From a virus (lineage: Duplodnaviria > Heunggongvirae > Uroviricota > Caudoviricetes): a stretch of 49,852 nt of DNA. The stretch is from IMG/VR virus record IMGVR_UViG_2913167280_000010, positions 1 through 49,852 of that record, one strand, 5' to 3'. This document shows positions 36,291 to 44,393 of this stretch, piece after piece. The translations under genes and the position numbers were made by a program. The number at the start of each line of letters is the position of its first letter. Positions within the stretch are counted from its first letter, which is position 1. The notes under the pieces were generated by a model. That model did no database searches, was not told the DNA's origin, and saw nothing but the letters and a program-made list of their open reading frames with translations.

Positions 36291-36347
36291 AGCCTGCTTC
36301 TCCTTGACCTTTCGGTCCGTAAGAGGCAATCTATATGTGACGAGCAT
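36135..36347 (-). CDS. mok: Mok-like in-frame upstream extension of hok (70 codons)
   Basis: N-terminal extension MLVTYRLPLTDRKVKEKQA precedes the Hok sequence in frame, as in chromosomal mok/hok loci. Confidence 0.55.
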   Translation of the reverse strand: MLVTYRLPLTDRKVKEKQAMKQQKAMLIALIVICLTVIVTALVTRKDLCEVRIRTGQTEVAVFTAYESEE

Positions 36348-36390
36348 ATAGGGGCCTCACTTCGATTTATAGTCGGGTGGGGCTTTTCTC
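36300..36390 (+). ncRNA. Sok-like antisense RNA (approximate, predicted only from locus architecture)
   Basis: Antisense to the mok start/leader where Sok is encoded in hok/sok systems; boundaries not resolved. Confidence 0.2.
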
Positions 36391-36809
36391 TATCTGCCTT
36401 TGGTAGCATGCCCGAGGCAGATAGCCTCAAGCACCCGCAGCAATTCTACTTAACTCCCATAACCTCGCCAATATGAAATCAATCAGAAAGGTGATTCATA
36501 AGAACGATAACAAGACAATAAATTGCCATTACTGCCGCAACAGCCAGCGCACATTTCAGAACCAGCACGATAACCTCCCAGATTTGACGTACACGCGCAT
36601 GATTCAATATGTAGCAACCTATTTCTTGCTTCAATATAAAATCAGGTATTGTTGTATAACTATTTAACTAACTCCCTATCCCCACATCTCAGGCGCTCAA
36701 CGTCTGTGTACGGGGCGTTTTTTAATACCTTACCCCCAGCGGCGAATCGAATACACCACCAGCGCCACCGCCATTGCGATTCCTACCGTGGTGAATGCCT
36801 CAGGCCAGG

Positions 36810-37337
36810 TCATTGATTCACCTCCTGCGGTGGTTCCGGTAGCGGCATCCAGTGAGTTGAGCTCTCTACTTCGACGCCGTCTTTGTCCACAAAAGCCATC
36901 TTATTCCCGCCACGAGTGGGGCAAAAAACCTTATCCCAGGAACCGGGGAATACATTCCCGAGATCATCGCAAAGAATCACATCGCAGTATTCCGCAGGAA
37001 CTGCATCACTACAGCTTATCCAGCCATCTGGAGCTACCGGCGCTGGTTGGGCTGTATAAAGCGGTGTTATATCTGCCCGAAAGTCACATATTTCATGCAG
37101 TCGCCCCCACCGTTCGGCTTCTGCTTTGTCAGAATACATAGTGGTGAACGTATTATATTCATTGTCAATTTGCGTGAAGGTTGCCTTCCACGCCACTGGT
37201 TCTGCTTCCAGCGATGCCAGTGCAATTTTGAATAACTCACCCTCTACCTGTGCCATCCCTGAATTTGGGTGGCATTTCGCAATCGCTATTTTTAATTTAG
37301 CTTCTTCGATTAATTGTTCTTTGGTTAATTCAGTCAT
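36810..37337 (-). CDS. DUF551-like phage protein
   Basis: Track ORF trimmed to the ATG at 37337 (MTELTKEQ) with AAGGA RBS; C-terminal W...PLPEPP pattern typical of DUF551. Confidence 0.5.
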   Translation of the reverse strand: MTELTKEQLIEEAKLKIAIAKCHPNSGMAQVEGELFKIALASLEAEPVAWKATFTQIDNEYNTFTTMYSDKAEAERWGRLHEICDFRADITPLYTAQPAPVAPDGWISCSDAVPAEYCDVILCDDLGNVFPGSWDKVFCPTRGGNKMAFVDKDGVEVESSTHWMPLPEPPQEVNQ

Positions 37338-37338
37338 T

Positions 37339-37557
37339 TCAGTTTTCCTTATACGGATTAATTTTATTGTGTAGTGCGTTGAACGACGCCCATACCACGT
37401 CGTTATACAATTCAATAACTGGCTCAATTATTTTCCCGATTATCCAGACAAAAATTAGCGGGGATATCGGTATCATCAACACGATAAACAGAATGAGAAA
37501 CAAAAATTCTGTCACTCTACTTTTTCGCGGATACTCTTTTCTGAATAATGTAGTCAT
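37339..37557 (-). CDS. Small membrane protein (72 aa)
   Basis: Hydrophobic core FLFLILFIVLMIPISPLIFVWIIG; stop abuts the next gene start. Confidence 0.4.
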   Translation of the reverse strand: MTTLFRKEYPRKSRVTEFLFLILFIVLMIPISPLIFVWIIGKIIEPVIELYNDVVWASFNALHNKINPYKEN

Positions 37558-37684
37558 TTCTTACCGCCCTTTCGGGCGGCCTCCTGATGATTTGAGGGTG
37601 CAGGAATCCCTCCGGTTAAGGATTTAATAAAAATCACTTCTGATTTAAATTTTCAGTGTTTTGTTGTCAGGTGGTTTATCGCCT

Positions 37685-37996
37685 TTATGTTTCAGCCTTA
37701 TTTCTCAGCCATACACAAACAGGGCCGTCTTCGGTGTCATGTATTGAACCAATAAACCAACCATCGCCCTCTGGTCGTTCCGGTTCCCATGCAGAAATAT
37801 CAGCATCACACGCATCAAGGTCAGCACATCCTTCGTCTCTGAAGCAGAGGACGTATTGAAGATTATTTTCCTCCATCCAGGCGTTAAACTCTTCCGTTGA
37901 AATATATTCCCTACCATCACAGAATTTTTCATATTCAGGATGCGTCCAGCAGCCATATTCATCACGTATTACTGGAATTTCTTCAATTGCGTTCAT
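37685..37996 (-). CDS. Hypothetical nin-region protein (103 aa)
   Basis: Acidic small ORF with coupled neighbours. Confidence 0.5.
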   Translation of the reverse strand: MNAIEEIPVIRDEYGCWTHPEYEKFCDGREYISTEEFNAWMEENNLQYVLCFRDEGCADLDACDADISAWEPERPEGDGWFIGSIHDTEDGPVCVWLRNKAET

Positions 37997-38291
37997 CAGT
38001 TATCACTCCTAATGCTTTGTTAATTGCAGAATGAGCCATTGCGAATTCATCAGTTTTTCTGTCAGCAACACGAACCACCGCTTGCAGGGCTTCAAGTAAT
38101 TCTGGTGCTGCTGCTAAAAGCTGAAAATTAGCTTTCTGCATCTGCCAGTCATTGTTGTATTTTGTCACCTTAGCAATTGCCTTATCGCGTTCGCCATCCA
38201 CTACCCAGCAATTAGCTGAACCGTGGAAACTTACATGCCATGGACCTGGTGTTCCTTTAAATTTCATGCCATGATTTTTTGTATTGCTCAC
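37983..38291 (-). CDS. Hypothetical nin-region protein (102 aa)
   Basis: ORF overlapping the next gene start by 14 nt. Confidence 0.5.
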   Translation of the reverse strand: MSNTKNHGMKFKGTPGPWHVSFHGSANCWVVDGERDKAIAKVTKYNNDWQMQKANFQLLAAAPELLEALQAVVRVADRKTDEFAMAHSAINKALGVITDERN

Positions 38292-39033
38292 TGGTTACCT
38301 CCTGGCAAAGCTGGGCGAAAATATCCCGGTGCTTGTTCAGCTCTCGCAGCGCGGCGCAGACACGCTCCCACTTCTGGACATGACTTTTCGCCCGACGCAG
38401 TTCGCGGTTTGCCATATGCAGCGATGGTAAAATCAGGTCATCCGCGCGCGTTTCAGTAAACGATGGCAACGATTGCACAATGTCCGCCACAGTTTCTGTT
38501 TTAATATCTTCCTGCGTCGCCGCTTCCAGGGCTGGTAAAATGGCCTCTGCAGGCTGAAGCTGGGATTTACCGCTGGTTTCGACCTCGGAAGTGTTTTCTG
38601 GCTGCACCAGCAAATTATCGCCCGGTATGCAGTAACGAAATTTACCGTTCTGGTTTACGCGAATCAGACGACCTTTGCTGATTGCCATTGCCAGCGTTGA
38701 AGCCACTTTGCGGGATGTGGTACCGAACAGCGTAGCCAGTTCATCCGCCGTTTGTGGTCCACGTTGCTCAATCGTCGCTTTTAAATCGCTCTCCGAAATT
38801 TTCGCTACTGTTGCCATGGTGGTTTCTTCCGGCAGCTCTGCCGGCGCTAGCTGTTCCTGCTGAACGTTGTTATCAGCCACGCGCCAGGTGTATACGCTTT
38901 TATCAACGAAGCCAGCCTTTTTCAGTTCCCACAGCTCGTTCAGCACTTCTTCTCGACTGATATCAAGTCGCGTAGCCAGTTCTACCGACGTGGCTTTTCC
39001 CATCGCTTTCAGTGCGTCAAAAACGGTCTCCAT
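38257..39033 (-). CDS. Winged-helix-like protein downstream of the DnaC-like gene (YdaW-like position)
   Basis: Track ORF trimmed to the ATG at 39033 ([11 protein letters not shown]) with GGGAGGAAA RBS. Confidence 0.5.
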   Translation of the reverse strand: METVFDALKAMGKATSVELATRLDISREEVLNELWELKKAGFVDKSVYTWRVADNNVQQEQLAPAELPEETTMATVAKISESDLKATIEQRGPQTADELATLFGTTSRKVASTLAMAISKGRLIRVNQNGKFRYCIPGDNLLVQPENTSEVETSGKSQLQPAEAILPALEAATQEDIKTETVADIVQSLPSFTETRADDLILPSLHMANRELRRAKSHVQKWERVCAALRELNKHRDIFAQLCQEVTSEQYKKSWHEI

Positions 39034-39055
39034 TAAAATTTCCTCCCGGTAAAAA

Positions 39056-39802
39056 TTACTTCTCAATACCTGGCTGACCAACATTCGGGCGCCAGCTCTC
39101 CCAGTTAAAATTCACCCAGCGCCCGCCGTTCATGGTCATGCGATCCATAATCCGCTCGCCGAGCAATGTTTTCATGGCCTCATAGTTCAGGTTTGTCAGC
39201 ATCCCCACGCTGCGCATCGACGCTGTCCGGCGATCAACAATCTGATGCAGTACCACCTGCTCGTTTTTCGTCTCGCGCTGAATGCCAATTTCATCAAGAA
39301 CCAGCAGATCCACTTCGCACAGTTCCCGCAAAAATTTTTCGCCTGATTGCCCGTCGTCATAGCTGGCGTGTAGAGCACTCATGACATCAGCCACGGTAAC
39401 CACAATCACTGTCTTGCCATCTTTCAGCAGGCGATTCCCGATAGCCGCCGCCAGATGGTTTTTTCCGGTACCAGGTTTTCCGCTGAACGCAAAATTTGTA
39501 CACCCGGTCATCAGTTCATCAGCGATAGATTTCGCCTGGCTCAACGCGTATCGCTGACCGTCGTTCTGCACCTGGTAATTCGCAAACGAGCATTTACGGT
39601 GCAACGGCTGGATGCCTGAGCGATTCAGAATTTTTTCCACCCGCAATTGGCGATTCAGGCGGTTGATCTCCTCGCTACGTTTCTGGCCTTCAGCAAGTTG
39701 CCACTCGCGCCACTCCGCTACCGTTCTGAATGGCGCGGTTACATGTGGCGGGGCCAGCCTGCGGATACGTTCAAGAACGCCGCCTGTCGCAATATTTTTC
39801 AT
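39056..39802 (-). CDS. DnaC/IstB-like replication ATPase (YdaV-like)
   Basis: 248 aa; Walker [13 protein letters not shown] and Walker B LLVLDEIG. Confidence 0.8.
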   Translation of the reverse strand: MKNIATGGVLERIRRLAPPHVTAPFRTVAEWREWQLAEGQKRSEEINRLNRQLRVEKILNRSGIQPLHRKCSFANYQVQNDGQRYALSQAKSIADELMTGCTNFAFSGKPGTGKNHLAAAIGNRLLKDGKTVIVVTVADVMSALHASYDDGQSGEKFLRELCEVDLLVLDEIGIQRETKNEQVVLHQIVDRRTASMRSVGMLTNLNYEAMKTLLGERIMDRMTMNGGRWVNFNWESWRPNVGQPGIEK

Positions 39803-39808
39803 GATCAG

Positions 39809-40615
39809 TTACCCCCTGAAGCCTGGCGGGATCGCACTATCCGGTAACGAGACGGTGTTAACCTGTCGGAGTAACGTCTCAGGTCGAACACCTTTCGGCG
39901 CGAACAAGCCCTGGTATTCATTGGCGATGCTGTGTCGAATCACCTGCTCAGGTGAAAAACCCTGCTGGCGGAATTTTTCCAGCTCCCGTATCGCCCCGTT
40001 AGCGCCCTGCTCCGTTCGAATCGGTTTACGCAATGCCTGGCGAAATTCAACCCACTCACGCCAAAGCGAGACAGAAATCCAGTTCGGCAAAGCAATATCC
40101 AGAGGGTCAAACTTTTTGACACCTCGATTTCCCCGGGGGGGATTTAGGGGGGGATCTGTTTTTAGATCTTTATCTGTATCTTTATTAGTTGCCTTTGTGT
40201 TGACATCATGTTCAAACACCACTTCAACATCTGTTTGAACACCTGTTAAATTTCTCTCTTGTTTTGTTTGAACATCTGCTTCCTTTCTGCTTCTTCTGGC
40301 CTGAACAGATGCTTTTCCTGCGGCTGATTTTTTGGTTAATTTTTCCCTGACTGATGCCAGATCTTCCTCAATCCGAAGATGCACCCATTCCTCGCCGTTA
40401 TCGCAAAAAAACTCCCGCAAGGATGGTTCAACATCAGCCCATCGCTCGTTAGTCAGACGGGCAATTTTTGCCAGCCTGTTTTTGGGTATTGGCTTTCCTG
40501 TTTGCCAGTAATTGAACATCAGCAACAAATACGCACCGTGCTCCTCTGCTGACAAATGCATGGTGTCAGCCAGGTAATCAGCTATGTACAGTTGCATATA
40601 TGGTAATGCGGCCAT
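39809..40615 (-). CDS. Replication initiation protein (O-like / YdaU-like)
   Basis: Track ORF trimmed to the ATG at 40615 (MAALPYMQLYIADYL...); immediately upstream of the DnaC-like gene. Confidence 0.65.
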   Translation of the reverse strand: MAALPYMQLYIADYLADTMHLSAEEHGAYLLLMFNYWQTGKPIPKNRLAKIARLTNERWADVEPSLREFFCDNGEEWVHLRIEEDLASVREKLTKKSAAGKASVQARRSRKEADVQTKQERNLTGVQTDVEVVFEHDVNTKATNKDTDKDLKTDPPLNPPRGNRGVKKFDPLDIALPNWISVSLWREWVEFRQALRKPIRTEQGANGAIRELEKFRQQGFSPEQVIRHSIANEYQGLFAPKGVRPETLLRQVNTVSLPDSAIPPGFRG

Positions 40616-40694
40616 AATTGCCTCATCTGGTGCCGAACCTTCCTCCGGATATAATCTGTGATTCCCCAATCAACAGAACCCAAGGAGGTTCGAC

Positions 40695-41150
40695 ATGTCT
40701 TTAATGGCTGTTTGCCAAAAAATTAAAAATCACATGCGCACTGTGTACAAAATTAACCAGCACGACCTCGACATGATTAACCTGGTAACATGCAGAGCTA
40801 TAGTTCTCACCCGCTTCCATCTGATTCTTGCAAATCACTCACGGGATTCTCTCCTGAGCCCCAGTAGCTATGATTCGCTGGCGAGATTGCTATACCAGGC
40901 AAGTGAAAAACGTATTACTGATCCCTTATCTGTTTCCCCTGTCCTTGCTCTTCACATTCTGGAAGACGCTCTCTATGACCCCCGTCAGGAATGCGACTAT
41001 CAATTTCTTGAAGCTGAGAAATCAATGAGAGAATGGTTCGTTGAATATCGAGAACGGCAGCAAAAGTTACCCTCAGAGTATTCAGAACTTCCGCAACTTC
41101 GCTGGAGTGACCTTCCGAACGAATTATTTGCTCTGACCCCAGAAAATTAA
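40695..41150 (+). CDS. Hypothetical 151-aa protein encoded antisense within the replication operon
   Basis: Perfect Shine-Dalgarno AAGGAGGT 5 nt before the ATG; divergent from the O-like gene start; stable hairpin 27 nt after the stop; no family recognised. Confidence 0.55.
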   Translation: MSLMAVCQKIKNHMRTVYKINQHDLDMINLVTCRAIVLTRFHLILANHSRDSLLSPSSYDSLARLLYQASEKRITDPLSVSPVLALHILEDALYDPRQECDYQFLEAEKSMREWFVEYRERQQKLPSEYSELPQLRWSDLPNELFALTPEN

Positions 41151-41176
41151 TTCTTGGGGATAAATCGTCCATAACT

Positions 41177-41200
41177 GAGCGCAGGCTAAGTTCTGCGCTC
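41177..41200. other. Perfect 8-bp stem hairpin downstream of the plus-strand ORF
   Basis: GAGCGCAG-GCTAAGTT-CTGCGCTC; no U-tract on either strand. Confidence 0.4.
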
Positions 41201-41347
41201 TGAAGCTTCCGAACCGAAGTTTCTGTACCCCAACCCGCAATTTCTGCATTTTTTGCAAGTTTCAGGATCCAGTCTCGTAGTTCGCCGGGAGTAAGATTTC
41301 CAGCATTGATAAACGGTTTGATTTTCATTGTTAGTTACCCTATCCAC

Positions 41348-41770
41348 TTAATGAACAATGACAGAATCGTCGGAAGACCCGCCGCCGCTGAAATGCGCTT
41401 TCTGGTAAACGGCCTGGACTGCATCATCATGCGCATCAATTGCCGTACTCAACGCTTCCTGCGCCGCCAGTAATGCACGGCGTTCCAAGGTATCGAAGAT
41501 GCAGAGTCGGTGACGCAGCTCGCGCGGAAGGATTGCCAGAATTGCAGGGATCAGTTTCTGAATTTTTTCCCTTTGCGCTTCCGTTTCACCTTTTAACCAA
41601 CGGTGATAGATGTTCTGCTGATTATTCCAGTCCTTGCCTGGTACCAGGGGCAATTCGCCGCCCCCCTGGCGCAGATATTCTTCAGTAATTGCGTTAGCGA
41701 CCCACGCCTGCCCTTTTTCAGCGGCTAGGGCTAACAACACTGATTCGATGTGCTCATGCCTGATTTTCAT
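41348..41770 (-). CDS. YdaT-like protein (140 aa; second gene of the cro-side operon)
   Basis: Size and position match Rac ydaT directly after the cro/ydaS-like gene. Confidence 0.55.
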   Translation of the reverse strand: MKIRHEHIESVLLALAAEKGQAWVANAITEEYLRQGGGELPLVPGKDWNNQQNIYHRWLKGETEAQREKIQKLIPAILAILPRELRHRLCIFDTLERRALLAAQEALSTAIDAHDDAVQAVYQKAHFSGGGSSDDSVIVH

Positions 41771-42029
41771 GAATCAACTCCTGTGCATTTTGTGTGTTAG
41801 CCTTACATCCAACAGGTAAACCATCGGTCGGATTCGGGTAGATATCAGGCCGGAGTTCATGAGGTGTAACCTCGAAATTCGTAGCCTCTGCGATACGCAA
41901 TACCTTTTCAGGACTTAACTGACTACGTCCAGTAGCAACGAGGCTAATCATTGATTGCGAACAACCAGCCAGCGCGGCCAAACAAGACTGTCGTACACGA
42001 TTTTTTTTCAAATATTCATCTAATGTCAT
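41754..42029 (-). CDS. Cro/YdaS-like HTH regulator
   Basis: Track ORF trimmed to the ATG at 42029; HTH segment QSCLAALAGCSQSMISLVATGR; divergent from the repressor gene. Confidence 0.6.
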   Translation of the reverse strand: MTLDEYLKKNRVRQSCLAALAGCSQSMISLVATGRSQLSPEKVLRIAEATNFEVTPHELRPDIYPNPTDGLPVGCKANTQNAQELIHENQA

Positions 42030-42057
42030 AAGGGTCACCTTAGTAATGTTTACCAAA

Positions 42058-42086
42058 ATATTAACTATACTAATTTAAATGATCAA
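42058..42086 (-). promoter_or_regulatory. pR-like early promoter for the cro-side operon
   Basis: Minus strand TTGATC -35, 17-nt spacer, TAATAT -10, about 20 nt upstream of the cro-like RBS. Confidence 0.35.
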
Positions 42087-42133
42087 TACTTATATCAGTT
42101 TGAGATTATGAGCTGTGTTCATAAGATGGTTGT

Positions 42134-42598
42134 ATGAGAAGAAAACGCGAAGAAATCGCATCGCCAGAAGCTACGCAGCGTCTACGCGGAATCTGGGATG
42201 CAAAAAAAAGAGAGCTCAAACTGACTCAGGAGCTTGCTGCCGAGCTAATGGGCTTTGAGACGCAATCTACGGTTAGCCACTATCTCAACGGAAAGGCTCC
42301 ACTTAACACTGATGCGGCATTAAAATTCGCAGTATTGCTAAGAGTTAAGCCTGAAGACTTGAGGCCTGATTTAGCTGATCTGATGAATTACGTACGTTCC
42401 TCTGGAACTTATGACGAAAGTTTCGAAGGCGAAGGGTGGCGGATGGTTAACAAGCAACAAGCTGATTTACTGGATCTTTTTGATATCCTCCCCGAATCAG
42501 AAAAAGCAAAACTAATCGAAAGGCTTAAAGGCCAGAATGAACTCTACAAAGAAGCGTTTGAAAATATGCTGGCAGCTCAGAAACGCATGAAGAAATAG
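42134..42598 (+). CDS. RacR/CI-like prophage repressor (XRE-type HTH)
   Basis: 154 aa; HTH LTQELAAELMGFETQSTVSHYLNG; divergent from the cro-like gene; own terminator. Confidence 0.7.
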   Translation: MRRKREEIASPEATQRLRGIWDAKKRELKLTQELAAELMGFETQSTVSHYLNGKAPLNTDAALKFAVLLRVKPEDLRPDLADLMNYVRSSGTYDESFEGEGWRMVNKQQADLLDLFDILPESEKAKLIERLKGQNELYKEAFENMLAAQKRMKK

Positions 42599-42617
42599 CT
42601 CCCACCACCTCGTAACT

Positions 42618-42643
42618 AAACCGCCATCCCTGGCGGTTTTTTT
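42618..42643 (+). terminator. Intrinsic terminator after the repressor gene
   Basis: AAACCGCCATCCCTGGCGGTTT followed by TTTTT. Confidence 0.5.
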
Positions 42644-42717
42644 GTCCCCTCCGCCCCCATCACCTTACTTTTTTATCAAAAAAAACACTAAAATTTTCAT
42701 TAGGATAGTACATTTTT

Positions 42718-42768
42718 ATCAACAAAATGCATATTTGTGTTGATCATCAATATGAACATAACTAATAT
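42718..42768 (+). promoter_or_regulatory. pL-like early promoter with overlapping operator-like palindrome
   Basis: Imperfect palindrome ATCAACAAA-ATGCAT-ATTTGTGTTGAT overlapping TTGATC -35; 17-nt spacer; TAATAT -10; upstream of the ydaG-like gene. Confidence 0.35.
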
Positions 42769-42834
42769 TATTACAGAAGCAGCACGGCGCTGTAGGTTTT
42801 AGTTCCGCCACCCGGCGTTAAGGGGAGAGATAAG

Positions 42835-42969
42835 ATGGTGCATTACGAAGTAGTTCAGTATTTGATGGATTGTTGCGGTATCACTTACAACCAGGCTGTG
42901 CAGGCTCTACGCAGCAACGACTGGGATCTCTGGCAGGCAGAAGCCTCTATCCGCAACAACAAGATGTGA
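42835..42969 (+). CDS. Small protein (44 aa; YdaG-like position)
   Basis: ATG ORF MVHYEVVQYLMDCCGITYNQAVQALRSNDWDLWQAEASIRNNKM; first gene after the pL-like promoter. Confidence 0.45.
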   Translation: MVHYEVVQYLMDCCGITYNQAVQALRSNDWDLWQAEASIRNNKM

Positions 42970-42980
42970 GGGTTCCCAAA

Positions 42981-43133
42981 ATGCAAAAAATCGACCTCGG
43001 CAACAACGATTCCCTAGTGTGTGGCGTGTTCCCCAACCAGGATGGAACGTTCACCGCCATGACTTATACCAAAAGCAAGACATTCAAAACTGAAACGGGC
43101 GCACGTCGCTGGCTTGCCAGAAATACTTGCTAA
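42981..43133 (+). CDS. Small protein (50 aa; YdaF-like position)
   Basis: ATG inside track ORF 42870..43133 (MQKIDLGNNDS...). Confidence 0.45.
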   Translation: MQKIDLGNNDSLVCGVFPNQDGTFTAMTYTKSKTFKTETGARRWLARNTC

Positions 43134-43556
43134 TCCATTATTTGGATTAATTCAATATTCTCGCTGTAGGGGTATAGCCGAGGCCACCAAAGCCCGGAGG
43201 TGGTGAAATAAAACCGGGCACAACACGAAGGCGCACTTCCTATATTCATAAAGAGTCGGTCTTGTCTGTTAAATTTAAATGGTGGGAGTGCGCCTCCGGT
43301 TGTGAATAACAACACAGCTGTGTGTAGTCCTGGCGGCATCAGTTTTTTCTTGAAGTTCGACTGATGTCCGCCCTTTTTAAAGTGAATTTTGTGATGCGGT
43401 GAATGCGGCTAAGCGCACGCGGCACAGTTAAAAGTCATGTTAGTCCTTATTGGTTTGGGTGGGAAAGCCGACTGTAATTGTTAACTGGTTGCAGTCACCT
43501 GGAGGCACCAGGCACCGCATCAACAAAGTTCATTTGTAAAAATGGAGATAATTATG

Positions 43557-43775
43557 ATTGCACATCACTTCGGAACTGATGAAATACCACGTCAGTGTGT
43601 GACTCCTGGTGACTATGTTCTTCATGAAGGCCGGACATATATTGCCTCGGCAAACAATATTAAAAAGCGAAAACTTTATATTCGTAACCTGACCACAAAA
43701 ACATGCATTACTGACTGCATGATTAAAGTCTTCCTCGGTCGTGATGGTTTACCTGTAAAGGCGGAGTCATGGTGA
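43557..43775 (+). CDS. Kil-like small protein (72 aa)
   Basis: ATG with GGAGA RBS inside track ORF 43542..43775; size and position match Rac kilR. Confidence 0.45.
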   Translation: MAHHFGTDEIPRQCVTPGDYVLHEGRTYIASANNIKKRKLYIRNLTTKTCITDCMIKVFLGRDGLPVKAESW

Positions 43776-43945
43776 TGACTAAGAAAATAAAATGTGCTTA
43801 CCACCTTTGCAATAAAGAAATTGAAGAAAGCAAAAGTATTAAAAGACCACTTCATTTCATGCGTGGAGTTATCCCAACGACGGAAATGAAAAAATATTGT
43901 AGTGAAAATTGTGCCGAAAAAGACCAGATGGCACACGAACTTTAA
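43775..43945 (+). CDS. Small zinc-ribbon protein (56 aa; YdaE-like)
   Basis: [18 protein letters not shown]...YCSENCAEKDQMAHEL with two Cys pairs; start overlaps the kil stop; coordinates reconciled to the ORF-track frame. Confidence 0.45.
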   Translation: MTKKIKCAYHLCNKEIEESKSIKRPLHFMRGVIPTTEMKKYCSENCAEKDQMAHEL

Positions 43946-44019
43946 TTAACTGACTATTCGAAACTGAATTTATGCCAGCAATGGCAGGGATTCGCTCAAC
44001 CTTAATTAAGGAGAAAAAC

Positions 44020-44265
44020 ATGAACACCAATTATGAAGCCACTGTTGCAACTACTGATAACATTGTTCACGAGGTTTACCTGGAAGGAAAGCATATTGGC
44101 TACGTAATTAAAACAGAAAATAAAGAAACCCCATTCACTGTGGTTGATATCGACGGTCTATCAGGAAACTTTAAAACTCTTGTTGAAGGTGCCACAAAAA
44201 TGTGCCTGGTTTACATCGGAAATAATCTGCCCGCAGAAAAAAAGCCGAATTTCTGGCAACTCTGA
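44020..44265 (+). CDS. RacC-like small protein
   Basis: ATG with AAGGAGAA RBS inside track ORF 43972..44265; directly upstream of recE. Confidence 0.45.
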   Translation: MNTNYEATVATTDNIVHEVYLEGKHIGYVIKTENKETPFTVVDIDGLSGNFKTLVEGATKMCLVYIGNNLPAEKKPNFWQL

Positions 44266-44393
44266 TTGCAATGAAATTAAAAGGTGAAATCTGAAAAAAA
44301 GAAAGCCTGCACAGTGTGCAGGCCTGAGTGAAGAACCTGGGACATTTATTCATCACTCGCAGTAATTTTAATCTGAGTTGAGGTTAAAAAACA

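Noticed and set aside
36473-36667. 64-aa plus-strand ORF upstream of hok
   Set aside because: Lies in the hok leader and sok regulatory region, very AT-rich with no RBS; likely spurious.
40915-41328. Minus-strand 137-aa ORF overlapping the plus-strand 151-aa ORF
   Set aside because: Weak RBS, and it would have to encode through a perfect 8-bp palindrome; judged more likely the antisense shadow of the plus-strand gene. Not fully excluded, since its ATG sits 20 nt after the ydaT-like stop.
43130-43339. 69-aa minus-strand ORF in the ydaF-to-kil gap as a sieB remnant
   Set aside because: No RBS, Pro/Gly-rich improbable composition, too short for SieB; the region is treated as non-coding.
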